Below are positions 11,858 to 25,248 of a DNA stretch of 64,000 nt, piece after piece (position 1 is the stretch's first letter; each line of letters begins with the position of its first letter). The stretch comes from Octopus sinensis (Eukaryota). Made by a program: the position numbers and the translations under genes. Below the pieces are notes generated by a model, which did no database searches, was not told the DNA's origin, and was given only the letters and a program-made list of their open reading frames with translations. The stretch spans positions 41,850,001-41,914,000 of the forward strand of contig NC_043002.1 in assembly GCF_006345805.1 (NCBI RefSeq). Direction: 5' to 3'.

Positions 11858-14800
11858 ACTGGTCAATATCTCAGCTGCCTGTCTATTTCTGTGCTTATAT
11901 ATTTTCAAAAAAATTTTGACTGGGCATATATATTTTGGGATCTATAGCCATGTATGTATACAGGAAACTCTATCAACAGTTAATCTTAAATGAACTTAGA
12001 AATTCAGGCTACCATACTTGAACAAGAAATGATTTTTAATTAATCAAAATTTCAAATAAATATATATATATATATATGACTGCAGTCATCAAAATTGTTA
12101 TAATGTCTTGTTGTTAAGATACATTCTCTTTCTTTCCTGATGAGAAGATTACATTATTTTACACCATTTATTCCTTTGGAATAAAACTAATGTTGTCTTC
12201 GAAACATATGTTGAAAGTAAAAGAATTTGAATAACACCTGCATTCAACTCCATTTATTTACTTATATATATAATTTACAATTTTAATCAAACGGATCAAC
12301 CCCAGAACTTATTCTTTTGTTTCTTTTTGTAAGCCTCGTACTTACGCTATCAGTCTCTTTTGTCAAACTGCTAAGTTACATGGGATGTAAACATGCCAAC
12401 ACTGATTTGTATGTATGAATATATCCTAATATATAAAGCAAAGTTTGTGTGTGTGTATGTTCCTTGTGGATTTGAAAACTGAGTTGCTGATTTTGATGTA
12501 TGAGGTATCAAAAGATTCAGCTACCAAATAAAGTATGTTTTTTGCGCAACAACTCTTTTTTTACTTCAAAAGTAACCTTGGAAACGAGTTCGGGTCACAC
12601 AATTTTGAGGCCTTTAGCTAAGGGATGCAACTCTGCCTGAACAATCTTGGAGCATAATGAGAAAATGTTTAAGATACATGGAGTTTTACTAGGGAATAAA
12701 ACTCCAAAGATATACTACCAACTTTATTAGTATTATTTAGTAGATAATCTTTTAATATGAAGTATGTTTGCCTATGTTTTGTTTAGCCCAGAGTTGCCTC
12801 TGATATAGCAGACCCATCACATAGTTTTTTCCTTATTTTTCTTCATGAAATACTGTAAATCTGTGTCCTTCTTTTGATGAAAAGGTGTGTTTTAAGAGAG
12901 ATTTGGCTGCTCTTTGTAGTAGCTCAAGTTACCACAGACACATCACTGTGTATGTGTGTGTGTTTTGTTGTGGTGAAAAAAGTACTTTTCCTCAGAATAT
13001 TTTGCACAATAACTTTTTAAGAGATCTGGACATCTTTCTTACTGCTAACCATTCAATTTCAATTACAATTGTTAATTATCGGAAGTCAAGTAGGCTGAGA
13101 TGTACATATAGTGTTATCATATAGAGTGGAAGTTCAATTTGATATTTTGAACTTTCATTATCTTGTGGTTAGTAATCCATTACCTGAAATTTGAAGCCAT
13201 TAAGTCTCTAAACATTATTTTACTTGGTTTTGTCTTTCAACTGTCGCCATGATGGGGTATCACCTTCAAAAATTTAATTGATCACACTGACCTCAGTCTG
13301 TATTTCAATCTGGCATTTATTTTATAGATCTCTGCTTGATGCACTGCTAACTTTGAGACATAGTGAAACACAATACTTGATTTAACAACAAATGTAAACA
13401 CACACACTCGCACATTAGGTGCAAGAATGACTGTGTGGTTGAGAAGTTTGCTGTCCAACCACATGGTTTCACATTCAGCCCCTCTGCATGGTACCTTGGG
13501 CAAGTGTTTTCTACTATAGCCCTAGGCCAACCATAGACTTGTGACTGAATTTGGTACACAGAAACTGTGGCATTGTTCATCAGAATGACTGGAAATCATG
13601 TTTATAAAGAAGAGTTATTTGCTTCGTACTCCTAGTGTGCCGATTCTACCCATAAGAAAGGAACAAATAATACAATATGGTTGTAGGTCATAACACCCGA
13701 GCAATGCCGGAGTGCATTGCTAGTATATAAATAACACACACACACACACACATACAACAGGCTTCTATTCAGTTTCTGTCTACCAGATTTACTCACAGGC
13801 CATTGGTAAGCTTAGGGCTATAGAAGATACTAGCTCAAGGTGCCACACAATGGGAATGAGCCCAAAACCATGTGGTTGCAAAGTGAACTTCTTAAACTCA
13901 AAGCCATAAAGAACAAATATAGTTGATTGATGATTGAATCAACTTCAATATACTTACCTATTGATCTCATCAGTTATAAAAGGTGAAGTTGATTAAACAC
14001 CAGTAAGGTTTGAACTTAAAACGTTAGGAGATGGAACTAAATATTGGAAGCCAGACAGCTTGGTTCTGTACCACAGTTACCAACTTAACATCCTCTTTCT
14101 CTCTTTTTAGTCATAACAAGAATCTCTTATATTAATTAGCAGAAGCTTATTAATTTGAATAAAAGGGTCTCAGATTAATTTGACCGGTATCTTACTGATT
14201 ATTTATCTCAAAGACCTTGAGTAATATATAATGCACAGTTGGCCCTCACAGGATTTGAACTTAGAACCTGAAGGGACAAAATAAATTACCACAAGCCATT
14301 TTGTTGGTTACTTTTGTTATTCTATCAATACAACCGTCTCCTCCCCACCTTTTTTGTCATAATACTTGAATAGCTACACTACTCTTGTGGATGTAATTTG
14401 ATTATAAGATCTTACTTTCATCTTTGCATTAATGAGGTTTTCTTTTCTATTTCTTCTCCTAACCCAGTTTTGTATTTACCAGAGGTTATACAATTCTTCA
14501 GAAGCAGTTCTTTCTTTCTGTCTTTCCTTCTTTCTTTTCTTTTCTTCCTTCCTTTACAATACTTGATCTTTACTTTCAGTAGTTATCTCTGTATTTTAAT
14601 AATGTAACTTCAGGTATTCTTTGGTCTGCCTCTGGTTTGACTACTATCAATCAACAGTTACTGATGCTTCTCACCTGCTTCTCTCAACCAATTTTTCACT
14701 AACCATTCTTTTTATTCTCATTTTTACATACTGTTTTATTCCCATCTGGTTTCTGAATGTTTCTACACTCAGCCTATCTTTTAACATTTATCTTTAAACA

Positions 14801-15699
14801 TTTATTTTCAAGATAAAGCAAGACTTACTCTTTATTTCATGATAGCTATTTCTTTCTTTATTTTTTTCTTTAATTCCAGACTTTACATTTCACTTTTTCC
14901 CCAAACTGCTATGATAAGATGATAATTTAGAAAGATAACTTATCAAATTTACCATTCAACTTCCTTAACTTACCATGTTTATCCACCTGTATTACCTATA
15001 CGCTATGTAGGAGGTGGTTACATACAATAGGGGAGGTAGACATAGTAAATATCTTTTCCTACTATAAAAGTTTATTGGTATTTCAATTGGCTGACAAAGG
15101 AGTTTTCTATATCCCCTTTATTGTTAGCAGCAAAAGAGGGGTTATCTGCTTGGCACACTACTATAACTTAAATCTGTTGATGTTTTTATTTCTTTTGCTT
15201 TTGATAAGTATGTAAAGCATGTAAGCCCCGGCACATCTTGTGCCATTGGCTTCTGTCGTACAATTGCATCTTACAATAGGTGCAGGCATGGCTGTGTGGT
15301 TAAGAAGTTTGCTTTCCAATCACTCAGTTCTGGGTTCAGTCCCACTGTGTGGCACCATGGGCAAGTGTCTTCTACTATAGCCCTGGATCAACCAAAGCAT
15401 TGTGAGTGGATTTGGTTGACGGAAACTGAAGGAAGCCTGTTGTATGTTTGTGTGCATGTATGATTTTTGACCATTCGTTTATTCTTTTACTTGTTCCAGT
15501 CATTTGATGGTGGCCATGTTGAACACCACCTTGAAGGGTTTTAGCTGAACAAATTGACCTTGGGACTTGTTTTTTAAGCCTAGTACTTATTCTATCCTCT
15601 CTTTTGCTGAACCGCTAAGTTACAGCGACATAAACACACCAACACTGGTTAAGTAGTGTTGGGGGGACAAGCACAGACACAAAGACACATACATAGATC

Positions 15700-15768
<69 letters not shown>

Positions 15769-18700
15769 CAGGATTCTTTAAGTTTCCATCTACCAAATCT
15801 ACTCACAAGGCTTTGGTTAGCTCTCAAGGCTATAGTAGAAAACACTTGCCCAAAGTGCCACGCAGTGGGACTGAACCTGGAACCATGTGCTTGGGGAGGA
15901 AGCTTCTTACCTTGCACCTATGCCAGCATGTATGTGTATGTTTGTGTCTCTTTGTCTTGAGAACCTGTGATTATTATAGATGTATGTCATTTATTTCCAA
16001 TATTCTGTGAAAACATGTCTGCCTTGGGGAAATAGTACCTTGCTTGGAAACAAGTATGGGTTGGCAACAAGAATGCCATCTGGCCATAGAAAATCTCCCT
16101 TAATATATGCCTTGCAACACATGAAAGCATGGAAAAGTGGATGTTATGATGATAATAATAAAGTTGAGTTGAAAACATAATGCCCAGTATCCTGTAGTTG
16201 CAATAAAAATTGAAATGACATATGCTTGGGTGAGTTCTGTGCCGCAGATTAGTTAATTGCTCATCAGTTTTACAATAGAATGGTGAACTGTATCACCTTG
16301 TGGGTATTTACTGGCTGTTAAGTTAGTGTAGTGGGTTGGTCATGTAAAAATTACAGGTCTTGACCATAGAAACAGGATATTACTGATCAGATTGCAAGTA
16401 GATCAGCCTTCAACTGGTTGGCTAGTAACCTTTCAACTCAGCCAACATTAGTTTCTTATATGTAGGTAGTTACATGCACACACAAATAGACACGCGCGTG
16501 CACACACACACACATACACTGTTGGCAAGATTAAAGCACTGTACACATAAATACTGTTTTTACACAGAAAATAGAGGTCTGGAGAATTATGATACAATTG
16601 TGATATTTGACACTATGACAGCTAATATGTGTTTAAACAGATTTTTCCCATTTGAAAACTGACATTATATGTTCTTCCTTTGTAACTTGGTAACTATATA
16701 TTATGAATGTGTACTTGTTGTTGTGTGTATTTAATTGTATCTAATAATTCAATAGCTCAAAGCATTGGTTACAATCTTCACTTGTCAAGCTTTGTATATA
16801 TTTAAAGGAAGACACATCTTCCTCTTATTGGTTGCTGTGATTATATCTGGAAGCAAACTCCCCTTACTCCACCATGTGTCATAGATGAATAAATACATGA
16901 CTATAGATATAGAAATTCTAATAGCAAAGAATTTTCATCTTACCAATATGAATTTGTGATGTTCATCCATTTACTTTTGAAAATATATATTTCATAAAGG
17001 AAGTTTCCTTGGTATATAATGAAGCATTAAACAAACTGTGTAGGGTGATACAATACCTTATACTTGTCTTTATTTTATAACTTCACCATTGTATAGCATT
17101 TTGTCTATCTTTACTGTCACAATGCTCAATGTATGTGCTTTGTTTAAACACTTTTCAGCAGTGATATTTCACCCAGGGAAAGTCCCGTTAACACAGCAAG
17201 TGTTAAAAAAAACTCTGTATACTCAAAACCAGGTGAGCAATTCCTTTTGCTTGGTTTTGTGGTATACAATGTTTTTTAACACTTGTTGACTTAAAGGAAC
17301 TTCCTTTGGTTTAAAAATCCACCAATGTAAAATGTTTAAACAAAACAAATGCATTAAGTATGTGATGTCAGTAATGTTGGCATTATTAGAGCCACTTCTA
17401 AGTTGGTGAGCTGACAGAATCTTTACCACACCAGGCGAAATGCTTTGTGGCATGTTGTCCATTGCTATGCTCTGAGTTCAAATTCCACCGAGGTCGACTT
17501 TGCCTTTCATCCTTTTATGGTTGGTAAAATAAGTACTAGTCAAGTGCTGGGATCAATGTAATAGACTATTCCATTCCCCCCAAGTTTCAGGCCTTGTACC
17601 TAAAGTAGGAAGGATTATTAGAGCTGCTTCTAACTCAAAATTTAATTTTGTTTATTTTATCAACTGAATTTCTTAACCATTTGCCTGTCCTGTAATACAC
17701 AAGGCATATTTCCCTGTGGTCCATGCAACATATTTGATACACACTCCCAATTTTTTTTCAATCACCAGAGTAGCTTGGGACTTATGAAAAGAAAGCTTTA
17801 TATTACTCAGAATGTATAAAAGAGGGACTAACCAAATGCCTGAAAACAAGCACTGATGTTTAGGACAGACATTTGGTACAAGTCCTGGTAAGGTTGTTTA
17901 TGGAAGACCAGCAGTTGCCCATGCATACAAGCTTCCTCTCTCCACGCCACCGATGTTATGCAAGGGAAAGGCAAAGGCCAAACAGCTTGGCACCAGTGAC
18001 ATCACAGCTCATTTCTACAGCTGAGTGAATTGGAGCAGTGTGAAATAAAGTGTCTTGCTCAAGAACACAACACACAGCACAGTCCAGGAATTGAACTCAC
18101 TACCTCATAATTGTGAGCCTGATGCTCTAACTACTGAGCCATACACCCTCACTTAAGAAAACATATTCACATATTATTACAGTTGCACTAACAATATACA
18201 ACTGTACATTGAATACGGAGACCCTGCCTTGCCTTGCTGAGTCTGCCTGAAGATTATGTTATAAGGTGGTGTGTGTGTGTTTTCTTACTGAATCTACACT
18301 GCAGGGCAAAGTAGTTCTTATGGCGTATAGGATCTCTGAGATTGGCTAGGTTTCTGTCATTAATGTTCTGTTTTAACTGTTACTGGTCAACAACTGCAGG
18401 TAACTAGTGAGCCAATGGGAAATTCCAAAGAAATTAAGCTCTAGGGAGAAAGAACTAGGCATTCTGGTTTGTACATGACTGAGAGATGAGTGAGTGAAAC
18501 AAGAATGACAAGAGGTAGAGAAATAAGTGGGTTGAGGAGTGATGCTGAGCTGTTGAGGTACGAAACCAGCTAGCTTCAAGGAGCAGTGGCCATTATAGTA
18601 GTGATAAAAAGATTGAGATGAGGAGACTTGTCTGAGAGGTGAGATACTCAAACAATTGTGCTAAATAATAGATTTATTTCTTTATTACCCACAAGGGGCT

Positions 18701-20296
18701 AAACATAGAGGGGACAAACAAGGACAGACATAGGTATTAAGTCGATTACATCGACCCCAGTATTTCACTGTACTTAATTTATCGACCCCGAAAGGATGAA
18801 AGGTAAAGTCGACCTCGGCGGAATTTGAACTCACAACGTAACGGCAGACAAAATACCGCTAAGCATTTCGCCCGGCATGCTAACGTTTCTGCCAGCTCGC
18901 CACCTTTGTACTAAATAATAGATTGACTGACTGAACAACTGGAACCACCATTCTTCAAGACAGATACGAAATCAATTTCTACAAAGGTCCAAAATTGCAA
19001 ATGTCATCAGCAAGTCTCTCAAAGCTTACACAGCAACAAATCTTTAAATCTTTTTAATTTATTTTCAGCGATATTTTAAAAATAATGTTTAGATTGAGTA
19101 TCTATCTGTCTATGTATGTGTCTCTCTCTCTCCTTCTCCCAATCCCTGTGTGTGTGTGTGTGTATAATTTCTTTAATATATGCTTGTGTGTGTAGTGTGT
19201 ATTGAAAAAATTCCAACAATTAAAGCAGAGAAACTAAACAAAATCCAAGCAGAAGTTGGAATATTTACTATTATGTTTCTGAAATGTCAGGATGAATGTC
19301 AATGATTTCCCAGGCCTTTTTTTTTTTTCTACCTACAGGAACTGAACTTCAATCAGTTTTAGCTTGACTTTATAAAATTCTTATTGCTATGATAAAAACA
19401 AGTGTTTGTTGATAGGAATGGTGGTGGTGGTGGTGGTGGCTGGTCAACAAATAGTTGTTTTGTTATGCATAACAAACGTTACCTTTTTTGTTTTCAATCT
19501 TTTCAAAAGCTGTTCTTTTACATCTTCTATGTCACTTGTTAAATGGCATAAATATATTATTTGGCTACTGATTAAATTTGTACAGGTGGTGGTGGTGGTA
19601 GTGGCAGTGGGACCGTGGAAAACACAGGTGATATATAAAGTGACTTTTATAACCTTATAAATTCATCAGTGATGAATTTAGGTCAAGTGTCCTTCTCATT
19701 CATGCACACACACACACACACAGGCACACATGTCCGTGTATGTATATATATTACTTAATAATCAGCAGATTGTAAAATAACTCAAGGTTTGAGAGTTTGT
19801 GAGTTCTATTTTCCTGTTTGCATCACCATACAATATATATATATATATATATACCGGAGTAAACACATAAATGTGAAACAAGGTGGAAAAAAGAGTACTC
19901 AAATACCAGTGGTAGAGTAATATGCTTTATTTAAAGCAGCAGAAAATTCAACAAAACCTGTTACTCTGAGTTTCCTGTTGCCATTTGTCAGACAGTTTTT
20001 GCTAGAATGGAACCGATATGTGAATTCTATCCAGAATATATATATATACACACACACACATACATACAGTAATCCTACACCATATCGCGGTTCACCTATT
20101 GTGCACTCAGTACATCGCGGATTTTTCTAATATATGTAAATTTATATCACCTAATATATGTAAATTTATATCACGGACTCCTCAGTATATCTGGGTTTCT
20201 GCACCTGATAGGTATTTATATTTTTTTATATTTTAATTATTTCTGTTAGAGGTTTTGGAATGTAGCACCTGCAATAATCGGGGGGATTACTGTATG

Positions 20297-20327
<31 letters not shown>

Positions 20328-20849
20328 GAAAAAAGCAACAAGAATGGATTAGTTGTTCAGTACAATTGTTTCATACGAAGAACAGATTTATTAAAAGCTG
20401 CAAATATTGCTGCAAATACAAGTGTCCCGTATTCATCAGCCAAAATACATATGAGTTTTCCAAACATCCTAGGAGGTGAGGTTACACCCATGAAGTATTG
20501 AAGAAAACATTTTAAGTCTGCTTACAATCTAACTTTGCTTTTCATAGAACTCTCTTTGATACTTCATGCGTGTAGCCTCACCCCCTAGGATGTTTGGAAA
20601 ACTCATGTGTTTTGGCTGATGAATATGGGACACTTGTATTTGCTGCAATATTTGCAGCTTTTAATAAATCTGTTCTTCGTATGAAACAATTGTACTGAAC
20701 AACTAATCCATTCTTGTTGCTTTTTTCTTGTTTATCATCCCCCCACATTATTTTATGGTTAATACCATAAAGATTTCTGGTGCATCTAAGTTAAGTACCA
20801 CATTCATGTGAATTCATTGGAACTCACTTGAATCTTAATTGTTTTACTG

Positions 20850-20893
<44 letters not shown>

Positions 20894-21855
20894 TTCGAGC
20901 AAGGTTGTTGCCAGTGTCGCTGGACTGGCTCCTGTGCAGGTGGCATGTAGAAAACACCATTTGAGCGTGGCCGTTGCCAGTACTGCCTAATTGGCCCTCG
21001 TGCCGGTGACATGTAAAAGCACCCACTACTCTCTCAGAGTGGTTGGTGTTGGGAAGGGCATCCAGGTGTAAAAACTCTGCCAGATCAGATTGGAGCCTGG
21101 TGCAGCCATCTGGTTCGCCAGTCCTCAGTCAAATTATTTATTGTAAATAAATGTATGTGCTGTACATTAGTTCACTCCCTCCATTAAATCAATGTTGCCT
21201 GAAGAGGTGCACAGTGTGCCACATGTCAGGTGTCAAAGTGATCACAGAGCAACGTGAGATTAAGTGTTTATATATATATGTATTCCTCATTTATATACTT
21301 TTTCATTCCTACATAGCTACAATCTTAAGATATATTGATTATTTAAATTCCACTATTATTTCTCTTTTGATAATTTTTCTTTCCTCTGTTTATACTTTAT
21401 CTAATAAAAATACTATAATATACCTAATAATAATAATGATTTCTTTGTATACATATACATATAAATGTATAGATATGTATTTATGTATATGTAAAAGTGT
21501 GTATGTATGTATTTATATTTATAACTTAACCTTATGAACTTTCTAAATTCTCTGACGAAGTCCAGAGACACACCCAAGTACCTTAATCTTATCTACCAAA
21601 TACTTCAGTTCACTGAAGGGATGGAAGTAAAGTGGGGTACTATGGCCTCTTGGCTGAAACAGCTGTAACATACTATTCTACTTTCTATGCTCTATGTTAT
21701 ATATTTTAGTAATTCCTGGTATTTTTATATTTTATATACAATGTGTAAAACATAATATGTTATAAATGTATGTATATTGTTATAATTGTTTGTTTTTTTT
21801 AATAAATAGACATAATATAATGTCTAAAAGTTGATGCATACCACCTCTTGATCCC

Positions 21856-21908
<53 letters not shown>

Positions 21909-22655
21909 ATATAAACGGCAGTTTGTCTGTGCGTTTTCTGTGTGTCTGTTTTCTCGTACCCTCACTCTGACCACAGCTTTCAACCGATTCTGATGAAACT
22001 TGACACACACATAGCCCAATGTCATAATTCAAAACTAACGCAGCGAAAATTTTGAAAAGTTCCCCCAGTTCTGAAAAAAATCGATAAATTCGACATGGGG
22101 TCGAGAATCAGAAACCCAAACCACAGACCGTCTAGGGGACGCAACTCCACCTTTTTTAACTCTAAAAAAAAATTTACCATAATTTTTTCCCCATTTTTTT
22201 GCTATTTTTTGGCTATAACTCTCTAAAAATGCTTTATAGTTATTTCCCTTACAAACCTGAGCAACGCCGGGCGATACTGCTAGTATATATATAAAAGCAC
22301 TATCCGAATCGTGGCCGATGCCAGCGCCACCTCGACTGGCTTCCGTGTTGGTGGCACGTAAAAAGCACCATCCGAATCGTGGCCGAAGCCAGTGCCGCCT
22401 CGACTGGCTTCCGTGCAGGTGGCATGTAAAATGCACCAATCCGACTGTGGCCGATGCCAGCCTCGCCTGGCTCCAGTGCAAGTGGCACGTAAAAAGCACC
22501 CACTACACTCACGGAGTGGTTGGCGTTGGGAAGGGCATCCAGCTGTAGAAACATTGCCAGATAAGACCGGAGCCTGGTGCAGCCTTCTGGCTTCCCAGAT
22601 CCCCGGTCGAACTGTCCAACCCATGCTAGCATGGAGAACGGACGTTAAACGATGA

Positions 22656-22700
<45 letters not shown>

Positions 22701-23108
22701 AAATTAAGTTTGAAAATGGAGAGATTCAATGGATATAAAATAATTTATTAATTAATTATCATCATTGCCTTACATTGTTTCATTTTACATCCACTTTAAA
22801 TTACAAAACATATATAAATATATAAGTTTGTATTTCAAGATTTCCACCCAAAGTATTTTGAAATGCAAATTTATATGTTTTCTAATTTAAACTGGATGTG
22901 AAATGAAGCAATTATTGGCAATGATGATAATTAATTAACAAATTAATTTATATCCATTGAACCTCTCCATTTTCAAACTTAATAAAAATAATATTTGATA
23001 TTTTATAACATATCATTGAAGAAATATCTCTTCAAAATACAATATATTAAACCAGTTGGATAAAAATATCCTTATAAGAGGTCTAAATATCCTCATAGTG
23101 ACTATATT

Positions 23109-23147
<39 letters not shown>

Positions 23148-23318
23148 ATATGTGTGTATATGTATGTATATTCATATATATATATGTGTGTATGTATATA
23201 TATGTGTGTGTATATATATGTATATGTTTATATAGGTATATATTTATGTGTATATATGTGTGTGTGTGTGTATATATATGTGTATATGTATGTATATATA
23301 TATATATATGTGTATATG

Positions 23319-23363
<45 letters not shown>

Positions 23364-24287
23364 ATATATCTTCAGACACTGGGCCTCCCTGAGAAATGAC
23401 AAGGGTGTGGGAGATGTGGCGATATACTGTACTTGATAAGACACATCAAACTAAGTAAAATCGCTGTCTTCCACACATACAGGCTTGCCCTTTCAGGTGC
23501 CAATGCCACTTAAAATGCACCCGTGCTGGTGGCACATAAGAACCACCCAACACACTCTGTGAAGTAGTTGGCATTAGGAAGGTCATCCAACTGTAGAAAC
23601 CGTGCCACACCTGACAGTTGGAATCTGGACAGCTCCCTGCTAGTCAGCTCTATGTCAAACCATCCAACCCATACCAGCTTGGAAAGTGAATATTAAATGA
23701 TGATGATGGTGGTATATATAATCTACGAGCAAAACGGCCCCCGTCCAATGGATGGTGCTGAATCATATCTGTTGAATAAAATGCAATCAGTGTTTTCTTT
23801 TCATTAAAGAATAATTAAGCATGCCTTTATTTCAATAAAATTTTTGGTTTTGTTAAATGAAGTTAAGGCAAAAAACAAAAACTTCTTGAGAAACCAAATA
23901 GTCTTTCCATCTTTCATGCCAAGTTTGAAGAAAATATCTCTTTTGCATCTTACTTTTTTGGTCTCTTAAATATACTGCATTTTGTGGCATTATTTCAAGC
24001 CAGCCAGCTTTTTTGCACAAACTGCATGTGCATTCTTGCGTAGTATCGATCGTACTTGTGTGTACAAATGTATTTTTCTCACGTAGTATCGATTGTACTT
24101 GTGCATACAAATGCACGTTCCCACGGCTTTATTGATCATATTCTCACCTGGAATCGATTTTTGTAATTTTTTCAAGACTTATACATGCCCTGATACTGTC
24201 AGTATCTAAATATCAAATTTGAGCGCAATTGGATGGAGGATGCCCGAGATCCTAGAAGACACACACACAGACAGACAGAACAGATTT

Positions 24288-24329
<42 letters not shown>

Positions 24330-25211
24330 GTGTGTAGGTGTGTTCCCTTTGTCTTGACAGTGTACTGGTTGTAAACAAAAAAGTCAGTCAATATTTGTAT
24401 AAATGTTCTTGTTTGTTTGCAGTTGTCTAGAAAAAGTATGATTGAGTTGATTGTTGCTTGTTAGATTAAGGGAAGTATTACCTTGCTTGGAAACAGGTGA
24501 GAGCTGGCAACTGGGAGATCTTCCGGCCATAGAAATATCTGCTTCAGCAAAAATTATCATCTGGAAAAAAAAATTTCCATGCAAGCATGGAAACATGGAC
24601 ATTGAAAATTCAATACTGGGGGATGGGGGTAGAGATGATTATGATGACTAAAAAATATCTATGATTTGTATCTTTCAGAATTTAGTAAAGAAAACTGCAA
24701 GTCCAATGAAATATTTTGCCCAGGGAATCGACATTGTATAGCAGCCCATCTGAAATGTGATGGTCGGAATGACTGTGGGGATTGGGAAGATGAAATCAAC
24801 TGTGGTAAGTATCTTCTGTCTTTTAACCTCTGCTTGTTGCAATCATGATGGGCTAGGCCGCATTGAAGGGTTTAGTCAAATAAATTGCCCACAAACACAT
24901 ACACAGACATACAAAGTCACACACACACAGTTACTCATAAACATGTAAATGTATCTTAACATCAATAACATTATTTTATATCCTTTCTCAATACTGGACA
25001 AGTTTGCCCCAGCCCAATGACATGCCATTTGCACCATAGCCTTTCATTATCTGGTCTATGCCTTACACACACACACACACACACATACACAGGGGAGAGA
25101 GAGAGCGAAACTGAAAATCAGCAACTTTTGATGTATATGTCATGTCTTTTTCTTTTGGCAGGATGTCTCATTTTGTCACTAACAGTTTATGTGTGTGTGT
25201 GTGTGTGTGTG

Positions 25212-25248
<37 letters not shown>

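Larger units (their letters stand above)
20320..20735. repeat. Long inverted repeat (~185-bp arms, ~45-nt spacer), probably inverted Penelope-type terminal repeats
   Basis: 20320-~20506 vs ~20551-20735 are reverse complements with scattered mismatches; each arm contains a hammerhead core. Confidence 0.9.

Noticed and set aside
18373-18651. 92-aa minus-strand ORF
   Set aside because: The + strand looks like a decayed LINE 3' end, so the ORF is probably incidental.
21190-21260. Hammerhead-like CUGAAGA-GGUGC...GUGCC-ACAUGUC
   Set aside because: The GAA core is missing and stem I is unconvincing.
21605-21675. Hammerhead-like CUGAAGG...GAAACAGCUGUA
   Set aside because: The palindromic stem III is present, but A9 is altered and stems I and II do not pair; at most a remnant.
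22293-22500. CRISPR-like array
   Set aside because: The units are contiguous with no unique spacers, lie inside a SINE, and the context is eukaryotic with no cas genes.
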